Numbered from the stretch's first letter, positions 1 to 9,522 are shown. The stretch is DNA of 64,000 nucleotides from Tepidiformaceae bacterium (GCA_963422605.2 CAXXUF010000002.1:1781848-1845847), one strand, 5' to 3'. The notes: a model not told the origin generated them from the letters alone. Numbers and translations: made by a program.

Positions 1-364
1 CCCAGGCCAGCCCCGCCACGCCCGCGCGGCACGTCCTGCGCGCGAAGCCCGCGAAGCTCGCACCGCTCTCGACGCGGAAGCGGAAGCCCGTGCGCGCCTC
101 CCCGCGCGCGCGGTTGTCGATGACTGCGCCGCGGATGCCGCCGTTGGCGACGACGATGTTACTGCCGCTCCCGAGCACGAACGCTCCCGCGTCCGCCTCC
201 GCGGCGAGCCGTGACGCCTCTGCGAGGGCGGTGGCGCTGCGCACCGTCACGTAGAGGTCCGCCGGGCCGCCGACACCAAAGGTCGTGTGTCGCGACATCG
301 GCTCGTCCGTGCGCACCTCGCCTACCGCCGCAAGTCGCTCCGTGAGCTGCCGCCGGTCGGTCAT
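1..364 (-). CDS. murB: UDP-N-acetylenolpyruvoylglucosamine reductase MurB, N-terminal part only (gene runs off the left edge)
   Basis: My own minus-strand translation from ATG 364-362 (ATGA overlap with the murC stop) gives MTDRRQLTERLAAVGEVRTDEPMSRHTTFGVGGPADLYV...VLGSGSNIVVANGGIRG. HTTFxxGGPA and GxGSN are typical of the MurB FAD-binding domain. Its position after murC fits the dcw cluster. Not in the ORF track because it is truncated. Confidence 0.8.
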   Translation of the reverse strand, partial: MTDRRQLTERLAAVGEVRTDEPMSRHTTFGVGGPADLYVTVRSATALAEASRLAAEADAGAFVLGSGSNIVVANGGIRGAVIDNRARGEARTGFRFRVESGASFAGFARRTCRAGVAGLAW

Positions 365-1728
365 CGCAGCCTCTCCAGCAGCAGCGGACCAGCGGCGCCG
401 ACGCTGCCCGCGCCGATCGTCAGCACCACGTCGCCGGGGCGGGCCAGCGCCGCCGCCTGCTCCACCGCCGCCGTGAAATCGGCGGCGTAGGTGGCGGGTG
501 AACTGGTGATGGCGTGGGTCAGATCCTGCGCCGAGCGGCCCTCCCGCGGCGTCTCACGGGCGGCGTAGGTCTCCAGCACGATGAGGGCGTCGAGCCCCTC
601 CCAACAGTCCAGCCAGCCCTCCCAGAGATAGGCGATGCGGCTGTAGGTATGCGGTTGGTAGATGCCGATGAGGCGCCGCCCGGAGAAGCGCGTACGTGCT
701 GCTTCGAGCACGGCGAGCACCTCGCTTGGGTGGTGCGCGTACTCGTCGATGACGATCACGCCGCCGGCCTCGCCGATGCGCTCGAAGCGCCGCTTCGCGC
801 CCTGGAAGTGCGCGGCGGCGGCGCGGACGGCGGCGAAGGGCACGCCCTCGCTGAGGCAGACCGCCGCTGCCGCCAGCGTGTTCTGGACCGCGTACCGGCC
901 GGGGATTGCGATCGCCAGCTTGCCCAGGAACTCACCGTTGTGGGTCACGGTGAAGGCGGCGCCGTCCTCGCCCAGCGTGAGGTCTGTGGCCCGCCATGCG
1001 CAGGCCTCGCCGAGGCCGTACGTCTGAATGGCAACGGTGTTCGCGACCCTCGCGGACACGCGCGCCGCGCCGGGGTTGTCGCCGCCTGCGAGCAAGCGCC
1101 CGTCCGCCCGCACGCGCCGGGCGAACGTGACGAAAGCGTCCTCGTACACTTCCGGCGTGCCGTACAGGTCGAGGTGGTCGGCGTCGACGTTGGTAATGAC
1201 GGCGACATCCGGCTCGTAGGCGTGGAAGGCGCGCTGGTACTCGTCCGCTTCGACCACGCAGAGATCGCCGCTGCCCCAGGAGGCGTTCCCTCCCAGGTCG
1301 CGGCTCTCCCCGCCGATCAGGTACATCGGCGCGCGTCCGGCCTCGCTGAGGATGAAGGCGATGAGGCTTGTTGTTGTCGTCTTGCCGTGTGATCCGGCCA
1401 CGGCGATGATGCGCTTGCCCGCCATCAGCGAGGCGACGACCTCGGGCCGGCCAAGCACGGGCAGGCCGCGGCGTCGCGCCTCGACGATCTCGGGATTGTC
1501 CTCGCGCGCCGCCGCCGTCGCGACCACGTAACAGGCCGCACCCAGGTTCTCTGCGGCATGTGTAGGGAATACCGTTACGCCGAGCGCCTCGAGACGGTCG
1601 GTGAGCGCGGACGGCTCGAGGTCGCTGCCTTGCACGCGCTCACCGCGCTCGTGCAGCAGTTGCGCGATCGCCGACATGTGCATGCCGCCTATTCCCACGA
1701 TGTGCACGGGGCCGCGAGTCTCGCTCAT
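361..1728 (-). CDS. murC: UDP-N-acetylmuramate--L-alanine ligase MurC
   Basis: Track ORF 361..1746, start moved to ATG 1728 (MSETRGPVHIVGIGGMHMSAIAQLL), which forms an ATGA overlap with the murG stop. Mur-ligase P-loop GSHGKTTTTS present. Sits in dcw context. Confidence 0.93.
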   Translation of the reverse strand: MSETRGPVHIVGIGGMHMSAIAQLLHERGERVQGSDLEPSALTDRLEALGVTVFPTHAAENLGAACYVVATAAAREDNPEIVEARRRGLPVLGRPEVVASLMAGKRIIAVAGSHGKTTTTSLIAFILSEAGRAPMYLIGGESRDLGGNASWGSGDLCVVEADEYQRAFHAYEPDVAVITNVDADHLDLYGTPEVYEDAFVTFARRVRADGRLLAGGDNPGAARVSARVANTVAIQTYGLGEACAWRATDLTLGEDGAAFTVTHNGEFLGKLAIAIPGRYAVQNTLAAAAVCLSEGVPFAAVRAAAAHFQGAKRRFERIGEAGGVIVIDEYAHHPSEVLAVLEAARTRFSGRRLIGIYQPHTYSRIAYLWEGWLDCWEGLDALIVLETYAARETPREGRSAQDLTHAITSSPATYAADFTAAVEQAAALARPGDVVLTIGAGSVGAAGPLLLERLR

Positions 1729-2810
1729 CGCATCGCCGCCTCGCACAGGATCGCGGCGAGCTGCCGGGCGCCGTCGGTCCGGCAGGCTGCGCGCGCGGCT
1801 CGCGCCATCGCCGTGCGCGCAGCGCCGTCGTGCAGGAGGTCGAGCGCGCGCGGCGCGAGCGTCTCCAGTTCGTCCTCCCCGGCGATCGCTGCGGCTCCGC
1901 GATCGGCAAGCCAGCGCGCGTTCTCGCGCTGGTGGCCCCCCGCGAACGCGCCCGGCACGAGCAGTGCGGGGAGGCCCGCGGCGGGCAGCTCGCCGAGAAC
2001 GCTCGCGCCCGCGCGCATCACGGCGAGGTCGGCGGCGGCCATTACCGCAGGCAGGTCTTCACGAAACGGCGCGGGCTGGTACCGCTCGCGCAGGGTCTCG
2101 GGCAGCGCTGTGCGCGCGTCTTCCGCCTGGGCCATCGCCGCCTTGCCGGTGACGTGCACAACCCGTGCGGCTTCGCAGAGCTGCGGGAGTGCCAGCCAGA
2201 CCGCCGTGTTGATCGCGCTTGCGCCCTGGGTCGCGCCCGTGACCACGAGTACGAGCTCCTCCGCCTCCCAGCCGAGGGCCTCACGGGCGGTGGTGCGGGT
2301 GGTGCGGAAGGCGGCGCGCACGGGATAGCCGCTGACGACGGTCTTGCTGGCAGGGAGGTGGGGGAGCGGCGCTTCGGTGGCGGTAGCGATGCGCGTGGCG
2401 AAGCGGGCCTCGACGCGCACTGCCAGGCCCGGCTCAACATCCGGGAGGAACACCACGAGGGGCAACCGTAGCAGGCGTGCGGCCACGCTCGCGGGGAAGC
2501 TGCCGTAGCCGCCCGTGCTGAGCATGATGTGCGGACGGAACCGCCGCAGGGCGCGCAGCGCGGTGGCGATGCCCGCCGCCGTGCGTGCGAGGCCGCGTGC
2601 CAGCGCGAACGGCGAACGTCCGCGGATGGGCGCGGCGGGCACAGCCTCGAAGGGCACGTCATGCCCGCGCACGAGGTCGCGCTCGCCGCGGTCGTCGGGC
2701 CCGAAGAAGCGCGCCTCCACGGGCTCGCCTGCGGCACGCAGCGCGCCCAGGGTGGCCAGCGCGGGGTAGACGTGGCCCGCCGTTCCGCCCGCTGCCAGCG
2801 CGATCCTCAT
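1725..2810 (-). CDS. murG: Lipid II GlcNAc transferase MurG (glycosyltransferase family 28)
   Basis: C-terminal 361 aa of track ORF 1725..3812, from ATG 2810 (MRIALAAGGTAGHVYPALATL...). The rest of that ORF overlaps ftsW out of frame. ATGA overlap with the ftsW stop at 2807-2810. Confidence 0.92.
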   Translation of the reverse strand: MRIALAAGGTAGHVYPALATLGALRAAGEPVEARFFGPDDRGERDLVRGHDVPFEAVPAAPIRGRSPFALARGLARTAAGIATALRALRRFRPHIMLSTGGYGSFPASVAARLLRLPLVVFLPDVEPGLAVRVEARFATRIATATEAPLPHLPASKTVVSGYPVRAAFRTTRTTAREALGWEAEELVLVVTGATQGASAINTAVWLALPQLCEAARVVHVTGKAAMAQAEDARTALPETLRERYQPAPFREDLPAVMAAADLAVMRAGASVLGELPAAGLPALLVPGAFAGGHQRENARWLADRGAAAIAGEDELETLAPRALDLLHDGAARTAMARAARAACRTDGARQLAAILCEAAMR

Positions 2811-3892
2811 CGTGGCCTCCTCTGCGGGGCGCCACGCTGCTCGCTGCGGTTGCGCTCGCGGGCCGCCTGGCGCTCGCCGGAGTAGCGCGAGACGCTCGCG
2901 AGCACGCCCGCCGCCAGCAGCGTGGCGGCGAGCGCGCTGCCCCCGTAGCTGAGGAACGGCAGGGGCACGCCCGTGAGCGGGATCACGCGCGTGATGCCCC
3001 CGATGTTCACGAGCGCCTGGGTCGTGATCCAGGTCGTGACACCGGTCGCCAGCAGAAAACCGAACTGGTCGGGGGCGCGCTGCGCCACCTGGTAGCCCCG
3101 CAGCATGAGCGTGACGAACAGGAACAGCACAGAGGCGGTGGCGACGAGCCCGAGCTCTTCGCCCAGGATCGCGAAGATTCCATCGGTATGGCTCTCGGGC
3201 ACATAGAAGAACTTGCCGCGGCTCGCGCCCAGGCCCAACCCGGTGGCGCCCCCGTTGCCCAGGGCGATGAGCGACTGCAGCGTCTGGAACCCGCGCCCGA
3301 GCGGGTCGGATTCGGCGTTGAAGAAGGCGCCCAGGCGTTCCAGCCGGTAGCCCTCGATGAGTGCGAGCGAGACTGCGACGACCGTGCCCGATGCGAGCAG
3401 CGCCCCCATCTGCAGGAGCGTGGCGCCAGCCACCCAGAACATCGTGACCGTGATCGCGAGGATGATGGCAGTTGTGCCGAAGTCGGGTTGGAGCATGAGC
3501 AGGAGCCCAATCGCGCTGATGATCAGCACGAACGGCGCGAGGCCGTGCTCGAAGCTCCGCAGGCTGTCGCCGCGTGTGGTAAGCCAGGCCGCCAGGTAGA
3601 CGATGACGCTGAGCTTCGCGAACTCGGCGGGCTGGAAGCTCAGGCCCCCCACGTTCATCCAGCGCTGGGCGCCGCCCGCCTCCGCGCCCAGCACGAGGAC
3701 GCCCAGCAGGGCCAGCAGTGTGAGCCCCATGAGCGGCAGCGCCAGCCGCTGCAGAAGGTGGTAGTCGAGGCGCATCGCTGCCAGCAGCAGCACACCCCCG
3801 ATCAGCGCCCACATGCCCTGGCGCACGATGAAGTAGTGCGAGTCAGCGAACCGCGCCAGGCCGATCACGAAGCTGGCGCTGTACACGATCAC
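2807..3892 (-). CDS. ftsW: Peptidoglycan glycosyltransferase FtsW (SEDS family); minimal ORF, true start probably upstream near 3982
   Basis: Track ORF with GTG start at 3892 (VIVYSASFVIG...QPAEFAKL...). It is a polytopic SEDS protein. The same frame stays open upstream and encodes AVSRTRRWAVGGPDYTLLALISALTVIGL, which is the expected first TM, but that stretch has no ATG/GTG/TTG (see finding). Confidence 0.88.
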   Translation of the reverse strand: MIVYSASFVIGLARFADSHYFIVRQGMWALIGGVLLLAAMRLDYHLLQRLALPLMGLTLLALLGVLVLGAEAGGAQRWMNVGGLSFQPAEFAKLSVIVYLAAWLTTRGDSLRSFEHGLAPFVLIISAIGLLLMLQPDFGTTAIILAITVTMFWVAGATLLQMGALLASGTVVAVSLALIEGYRLERLGAFFNAESDPLGRGFQTLQSLIALGNGGATGLGLGASRGKFFYVPESHTDGIFAILGEELGLVATASVLFLFVTLMLRGYQVAQRAPDQFGFLLATGVTTWITTQALVNIGGITRVIPLTGVPLPFLSYGGSALAATLLAAGVLASVSRYSGERQAARERNRSEQRGAPQRRPR

Positions 3893-3978
3893 AAGACCTA
3901 TGACGGTGAGCGCGCTGATCAGCGCCAGCAGCGTGTAGTCGGGGCCTCCGACGGCCCAGCGGCGGGTTCGCGAGACTG

Positions 3979-5373
3979 CTATGACGGCGCCTCCTCGAAT
4001 CCCTCGAGCGCGGCGACGAGCGCGGCGAACGCCTCGCCGCGCGCCTCGAACCGCGGATAGGCGTCGAAGCTCGTGCCCGCGGGCGAAAGCAGGACGGCGT
4101 CGCCTTCCGCAGCGAGTCGGGCGGCGGCCGCCACCGCCTCCGCGAGCGTCTCTACGCGCGCGACCGTCTCAGCGGCGTTCGCCATCGCGTCCGCGAACGG
4201 CGCGGCCGCCTCGCCGAAACAGACGATCGCGCGGCAGCGCCCGGCGGTGGCGGTCCGCAGCGGTTCGAGGGGCAGTGCCTTCTCGCGCCCACCCAACAGC
4301 AGGATGGCAGGCTCGCTCACCGCTTCGAGCGCCGCGATCGTGCGCTCCGGCGAAGTGGCGATGCTGTCGTTGATCCAGGTCGCGCCGTACGCCCGCCCCA
4401 CAACCTGGAGCCGGTGGGGCAGGCCGCGGAAGCGCCGCAGGCCGCGCGCGATCGCCTCGATCGGGATGTCCAGTGCCCGCGCCACGGCGACCGCGAGCGT
4501 CGCGTTCGCGAGGTTGTGCCGTCCGCGCAGGGGCAGGTCGCTCTTGGCGGCCACGTGCTCGGCGGGGCCGCCCCAGCGGGACACGATCGCGTCCCCGGCC
4601 AGCCAGGCGCCGTCTGGGGCGACCGGCCCCGCCAGCGAGACCTCGGCGAGCCGCCCGCGCACGTCCGCGTAGAGCTCGCGGCTGATCTCGTCGTCCGCGT
4701 TCAGGATGGCGAGGTCGCCTTCGCCCTGGAAGCGCAACAGGTTGCGCTTGAGGTCGACGTACTCGGGCCAGCTGAACTGATCGAGATGGTTTGGGGTGAC
4801 GTTCGTCACCGCCGCGATCTCGGGCGAGTGCTCGGTGTACTGCAGTTGCGTGTGGCTGATTTCGAGGATGACGCTCGCCGCCGCCGGGGCCGCTTCGATG
4901 CGGTCGAGGAGCGACCCTCCGAGGTTTCCCCCGACGAGGTGGTCGATGGCGGCGGCTTCCGCCATCGCGCCCACCATCGCCGTCGTTGTCGACTTCCCGC
5001 TCGATCCCGTGATTCCGGCGATGCGCGCGGGGCAGAGGCGGAGGGCGAGCGCCATCTGTGAGAGTACGGGAATCCCGAGCGCCCGCGCCCGCGCCAGCGC
5101 CGGATGCGTGCGCAGCAGTGACTGTGAGACCGCGAGCAGGTCGAAACCGGCTGGGTCGGGCAGCTCGCCGGCGCCGGCGCGTTCGACGCCTTCGGGAGGG
5201 CGCGCCCCTGCTGCCTCCAGCTGCGCGTCGCTGCGGCTGTCCGCGATTGTCACGGAGGCGCCCCGTGCCAGCAGCCAGCGCGCAAGGTCGCGCCCTTCGA
5301 TGCCGAGCGAGTAGACGAGCGCGCGCGCCCCCGCGAACCGGGGGAGTGTGGCGGCTGGCTGTTCCATCGTCAT
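3979..5373 (-). CDS. murD: UDP-N-acetylmuramoylalanine--D-glutamate ligase MurD
   Basis: Track ORF 3979..5928 trimmed to ATG 5373 (MTMEQPAATLPRFAGARALVYSLGIEGRDLARWLLARGASVTIAD). P-loop GITGSSGKSTTTAM present. GTG 5379 would give a GTGA overlap with the mraY stop. Confidence 0.9.
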   Translation of the reverse strand: MTMEQPAATLPRFAGARALVYSLGIEGRDLARWLLARGASVTIADSRSDAQLEAAGARPPEGVERAGAGELPDPAGFDLLAVSQSLLRTHPALARARALGIPVLSQMALALRLCPARIAGITGSSGKSTTTAMVGAMAEAAAIDHLVGGNLGGSLLDRIEAAPAAASVILEISHTQLQYTEHSPEIAAVTNVTPNHLDQFSWPEYVDLKRNLLRFQGEGDLAILNADDEISRELYADVRGRLAEVSLAGPVAPDGAWLAGDAIVSRWGGPAEHVAAKSDLPLRGRHNLANATLAVAVARALDIPIEAIARGLRRFRGLPHRLQVVGRAYGATWINDSIATSPERTIAALEAVSEPAILLLGGREKALPLEPLRTATAGRCRAIVCFGEAAAPFADAMANAAETVARVETLAEAVAAAARLAAEGDAVLLSPAGTSFDAYPRFEARGEAFAALVAALEGFEEAPS

Positions 5374-5375
5374 CG

Positions 5376-6350
5376 TCACTCCGGGACCGCCAGCGCGAGG
5401 GCGACGCCGACCATGCAGGCGATGATGGCGACCACCCAGAAGCGGGTCACGATCGCCGTTTCGCCCCAGCCGATCTCTTCGAAATGGTGATGGAGGGGAG
5501 CGCGCCGGAAGATGCGTCCTCCCCCGCTCAGGCGGAAGTAGCCGATCTGGATGACGTTGCTCGCTCCCTCGGCGACGAAGACCAGCCCCACGAGGGGCAA
5601 CAGCAGCCAGTGGCCCGTCATAAGCGCGACGATGGCGAGGCTGGAGCCGAGAGCGAGCGCGCCGGTGTCGCCCATAAACACTCGCGCGGGGTGCGCGTTG
5701 TACCAGAGGAACCCGAGGTTCGCGCCAGCGATGATGAACGCGAAGGTGGCCACGAAATCCTGCCCCTGGACGAAGGCGATCGCGCCGTAGGCCACGAAGG
5801 CGAACAGCGTCGTGCCTCCCGCCAGCGTGTCCAGCCCGTCGGTTACCGCCACGGCGCTCGTCGTCGCGACGATGGTGACCACGGCGATGATCATGTACGC
5901 CGGGCCCAGCGCGTAGCTGCCCAGCCACGGCACGTTCACGGATTCGACATCGAGCGCGCCGTAGAGAACCCAGGCGGCACCCGTGGCGAGGAGGGTGAGC
6001 AGCGCGATCTTCAGCCGCCAGCTGAGCCCGCCGTGGCGTCCGGCGCGCTCCTGGAGCGTCCCCAGGTCGTCGATGAAACCGATCGCGCCGGTTGCGGCGA
6101 TCATGCCCAGCGGCAGCAGGATCGAGCGGTGTTCGAGCCAGTCGACGGCCAGGGCGGTCACGATCAGGGTCGGCGCCCAGATGATGAAGCCGCCGAAGGT
6201 CGGGGTGCCCGCCTTCGTCTGGTGCGAGGCAGGCTGGTCCTCGCTGATCGCCTTGCCCGCTCGGCGGGCGCGCAGGTACTGGATCATCGGCCAGCCGAGG
6301 CCGGCCGTAAGCGCGAAGCTGATGCCGCCGGCGAGGAGCGCGCGAATCAT
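5376..6350 (-). CDS. mraY: Phospho-N-acetylmuramoyl-pentapeptide transferase MraY
   Basis: Track ORF 5376..6968 trimmed to ATG 6350 (MIRALLAGGISFALTAGLGWPMIQYLR). Polytopic membrane protein with GFIDDLG and NAHPARVFMGDTGALALG motifs. ATGA overlap with the murF stop. Confidence 0.92.
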   Translation of the reverse strand: MIRALLAGGISFALTAGLGWPMIQYLRARRAGKAISEDQPASHQTKAGTPTFGGFIIWAPTLIVTALAVDWLEHRSILLPLGMIAATGAIGFIDDLGTLQERAGRHGGLSWRLKIALLTLLATGAAWVLYGALDVESVNVPWLGSYALGPAYMIIAVVTIVATTSAVAVTDGLDTLAGGTTLFAFVAYGAIAFVQGQDFVATFAFIIAGANLGFLWYNAHPARVFMGDTGALALGSSLAIVALMTGHWLLLPLVGLVFVAEGASNVIQIGYFRLSGGGRIFRRAPLHHHFEEIGWGETAIVTRFWVVAIIACMVGVALALAVPE

Positions 6351-7720
6351 GCCGCGTCCTCCAGCATGGGGATGAGCAGGTCGAACTCCTGGCCGCGCGA
6401 AGCCTTCACGAGGACGTGATCGCCCGCGCCGAGGAGGCTCGCCGCGAACGCCGCCGCCGCCTCCTTCGTCTCGAACCAGCGCCCCTCGCGCAGCCCGCCC
6501 GCGCGCGCCTCCTCGACCAGCGGCTGGCAGAGCGCGCCGGTCGCCGTGAGTGCATCGCAGCAGCCGGCTGCGAGACGCCCGATGCGGCGGTGCTCGAGCT
6601 CGGCCATCTCGCCGAGCTCGGCCATCTCGCCGAGCAGGGCGATTCGCCGGCCGCCCAACCCGCGGAGCAGCGTCAGCGCGCCCGCTACCGAGGCAGGGCT
6701 GGCGTTGTAGGTGTCGTCGAGGATCAGCGCGCCGCGCGCGCTGCGGCGCACGCGCAGGCGTCCCTCGATCTCGGCGGCGCTGACCGCTGCCGCCGCCTCC
6801 GCGAGCCCCACTCCCAGCGCCAGCTGGACGCCGATCGCGGCCAGCGCCGCCGGCGCCAGGTGCGCCCCTGCGAGGCGGAGCCGCACGGTCGCCGTCGCGC
6901 CCTCGTACGTCACCGGAAACTCCGTGCCGTCCAGGCCGAGGTCGCGCAGCGCCCTGCGGCGCAGGCATCCCGCAGTGCCCGTGCCGAAGCCGATGACGTC
7001 GCAGGCGAGCTCTTCCGCGACTGGGGCGATGCGCGCGTCGTCGAGGTTGAGGACGGCGGCGCCATCGCGCGGGAGGCCGCGGGCGAGCGAGAGCTTCTCA
7101 CGTGTGATCGCCTCCATGCTGCCGAGCTTTTCGAGGTGCGTGGCGCCGATGTTGAGGACAGCGCCGACGGAAGGTCTGGCGATGGCGCTCAGCTCCGCGA
7201 TCTCGCCTTCGCGGTCCATCGCCATCTCCAGCACGGAGACTTCGTGGTCGCGCCGCAGGCTCATCAGCGCGAGGGGCAGCCCCTCCCGTGAGTTCAGGTT
7301 CCCCGGGCTGTGGTGCGTGCGAAAGCGCGGCGTCAGGGCCGCGGCGGTCAGATCCTTGGCCGTCGTCTTGCCGACCGTGCCGGTGATGCCCACGACACGC
7401 GCATCGCAGGCGTTGCGCCAGTCGCGCGCGAGCTCGGCAAGGGCCGTGCGCGTGTCGACGGCTATGGCGAGCGTGCGATCCGGCCAGTCGCCCCGTGGGG
7501 GGCGCTCGCAGATGGCGGCGGGCGCGCCCCGTGCGAGCGCCTCGTCCACGAAATCGTTCCCATCGAGCCGCTCGCCCCGGAAGGCGGCAAAGAGATCGCC
7601 CGGCTGCGTCCGGCGCGAGTCAGCCGCGCCGCCCGTGATGGGTGCGGGCGCGCCCTCGATCACGTGGTGACCGTGCGCGCGCATGCTCGCCGCCAGGAAC
7701 GTCGTCGTCATGCCCGTCAT
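6347..7720 (-). CDS. murF: UDP-N-acetylmuramoyl-tripeptide--D-alanyl-D-alanine ligase MurF
   Basis: 457 aa. Contains DSRRTQPGDLFAAFRGERLDGNDF, P-loop GITGTVGKTTAKD, and the MurF-type DDTYNASPASV (not the MurE DNPR motif). ATGA overlap with the ftsI stop. Confidence 0.92.
   Translation of the reverse strand: MTGMTTTFLAASMRAHGHHVIEGAPAPITGGAADSRRTQPGDLFAAFRGERLDGNDFVDEALARGAPAAICERPPRGDWPDRTLAIAVDTRTALAELARDWRNACDARVVGITGTVGKTTAKDLTAAALTPRFRTHHSPGNLNSREGLPLALMSLRRDHEVSVLEMAMDREGEIAELSAIARPSVGAVLNIGATHLEKLGSMEAITREKLSLARGLPRDGAAVLNLDDARIAPVAEELACDVIGFGTGTAGCLRRRALRDLGLDGTEFPVTYEGATATVRLRLAGAHLAPAALAAIGVQLALGVGLAEAAAAVSAAEIEGRLRVRRSARGALILDDTYNASPASVAGALTLLRGLGGRRIALLGEMAELGEMAELEHRRIGRLAAGCCDALTATGALCQPLVEEARAGGLREGRWFETKEAAAAFAASLLGAGDHVLVKASRGQEFDLLIPMLEDAA
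6596..6631. repeat. Perfect 18-bp tandem duplication (GAGCTCGGCCATCTCGCC x2, plus a partial third GAGC) inside murF
   Basis: Read directly from the sequence: 6596-6613 equals 6614-6631. On the coding strand it yields LLGEMAELGEMAELEH, a duplicated EMAELG hexapeptide. Confidence 0.9.
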
Positions 7721-9444
7721 GGCGCCTTCACCTGTTGGTTGTCGGGGGGGACGTTGAGGTAGGCGAGGGCCTCTTCGGCGAGAGCGGCAAAGATGGGGGC
7801 CGCCGCTGCCGTGCCCGTGAGCAGGTCCTCGTTCTCATCGAGCTTCACGAGGATGAGGATGCGGGGCTTGTCGAGCGGGGCGAAGCCGGCGAACGAGACG
7901 ATCTGCGCTTCGGCGTAGCCGCTGTCGGTGGGGATGTTGGCGGTGCCGGACTTGCCGCCGGCTGTGTAGCTGTGGGGCTTCCCCGGGTGGTACCAGCCAG
8001 GGTCGACCACGTCGCCGAGCATCCGCCGGATGGTGGCGCTCGTCTCCGGCGAAATCGGCTGGCCCGTCACCTGCGTCTGCAGATCGAGCCGCGTGCCACC
8101 GGGCAGGATCAACGCCGCGACCAGGCGCGGCTGTACGAGCCGCCCGCCGTTGATGGCCGCAGCGAAGGCGCTCGCGATCTGGATGGGCGTGACGCTGATC
8201 GCCTGCCCGAACGATTGCGTGGCCAGATCGACAGGCGACCAGTCCGGATCGTGCGGCCGGCGCACGAGGCCCGCGGCCTCGCCGGTGAGGTCAACTCCGG
8301 TTGGCTTGCCGAAGCCGAAAGCGTCGAGGTAGTGCTGGAAGAGGTCCACGCCGAGCTTTTCCACCATGAACACGGCGCCGGTGTTGATGCTGTGCTGGAG
8401 CACACCCGTCATCGTCTGCTCGCCGTAGACGCCTTCGTTCCAGTTCTGGATGGGAATCCCGAAGACGGACACGATGCCGGTATCGAGGTACTCGGTTGCG
8501 GGCGTGACGAGACCGGAGTCGATCGCCGCCGCCGCGGTGATCACCTTCATGACCGAGCCGGGTTCGTAGATGTCGCTCACGGCGCGATTGCGCAGAAGAT
8601 TGACCTGTGCCGGGTCGCTGAGGTTGAGGGTGCTGAAGGCGAGATCGGGCTGCGTCGCGAGCGCCAGAATCTCGCCCGTCTGCGGGTCCATCATGATGAT
8701 GGAGCCGCCCGTCGCGCCGTGCTCCTCGATCGCCTCTGCCAGCGCGCGCTGGGCGGCCACCTGGAGCCTGCGGTCGACCGTGAGCACGATGTCGGGGCCG
8801 GGTACCGGCTTGGTGGTGAAGGTTTCGCCGTAGGGGATGGGCGAGCCGGTGGTGTCGCGTTCGAAGATCACGCGCCCGGGCGTGCCCCGCAACTCCTCGT
8901 CGTACCACGCCTCGATCCCCGTAAGGCCGGTGTTCTCCCGCCCCGTGATGCCGATGACCGAGACGGCGAGGTCGCCCGCGGGGTAGACGCGCTCGGTGTT
9001 CGGCAGGCCCACCAGGCCGGGCACGTCCGCATCCAGTAGGGCCTTGCCCGTCCGGTAAGGGACGTCGTGGGTGATGAGCACATCGGTGAGTTCGCTCGTC
9101 CGCACCTCCTCGCGCAGCTGGGCGGCGTCGAGGCCGGTGGCCTGCGCGATCGCCTCCGAGCCGGCTCGCGCGGACTCCACGTTGCGCCAGACACGGGAGG
9201 AGACGTAGAGGTCCCACGTGTCGGCGCTCAGCGCGAGGGGGAAGCCGTTGCGGTCGAGGATGGCTCCGCGACGGGCGAACACGGTGTCGCTCGCGTGCAG
9301 CGCGCTGCGTGCCTCCGCGGCGTAGCGGTCGTGCTCGATGACCTGTACGTATATGAGCCGCGTGAGCACCACCGCGGCGAACGCCCCAAGAGCGATCGCT
9401 GGCGGCCACACGCGCCGCGTGCGCGTAGCCTGCTGGTGTGCCAT
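7717..9444 (-). CDS. ftsI: Class B penicillin-binding protein / peptidoglycan D,D-transpeptidase FtsI
   Basis: 575 aa. N-terminal TM (PPAIALGAFAAVVLTRLIYV), a PBP dimerisation region, and transpeptidase motifs GSVMK (SxxK), HSINTG (SxN) and GKSGTA (K[ST]G). Sits in dcw context. Confidence 0.9.
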   Translation of the reverse strand: MAHQQATRTRRVWPPAIALGAFAAVVLTRLIYVQVIEHDRYAAEARSALHASDTVFARRGAILDRNGFPLALSADTWDLYVSSRVWRNVESARAGSEAIAQATGLDAAQLREEVRTSELTDVLITHDVPYRTGKALLDADVPGLVGLPNTERVYPAGDLAVSVIGITGRENTGLTGIEAWYDEELRGTPGRVIFERDTTGSPIPYGETFTTKPVPGPDIVLTVDRRLQVAAQRALAEAIEEHGATGGSIIMMDPQTGEILALATQPDLAFSTLNLSDPAQVNLLRNRAVSDIYEPGSVMKVITAAAAIDSGLVTPATEYLDTGIVSVFGIPIQNWNEGVYGEQTMTGVLQHSINTGAVFMVEKLGVDLFQHYLDAFGFGKPTGVDLTGEAAGLVRRPHDPDWSPVDLATQSFGQAISVTPIQIASAFAAAINGGRLVQPRLVAALILPGGTRLDLQTQVTGQPISPETSATIRRMLGDVVDPGWYHPGKPHSYTAGGKSGTANIPTDSGYAEAQIVSFAGFAPLDKPRILILVKLDENEDLLTGTAAAAPIFAALAEEALAYLNVPPDNQQVKAP

Positions 9445-9522
9445 CGACGCCCTCCCGCCGGCCCCTCCCCGCGACCGGTGCGAATTCAGTTCAGCAGCGA
9501 TCGTCGTTCCACGGACACGCTG

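Noticed and set aside
1725-6968. Long N-terminal extensions of the track ORFs for murG (695 aa), murD (649 aa) and mraY (530 aa); similar extensions occur on rsmH, hbd, hyi, modA and the GGR gene
   Set aside because: The extensions overlap the upstream gene in another frame and are Arg/Pro/Gly-rich. Internal ATG/GTG starts give canonical N-termini and ATGA/GTGA coupling to the upstream stop.
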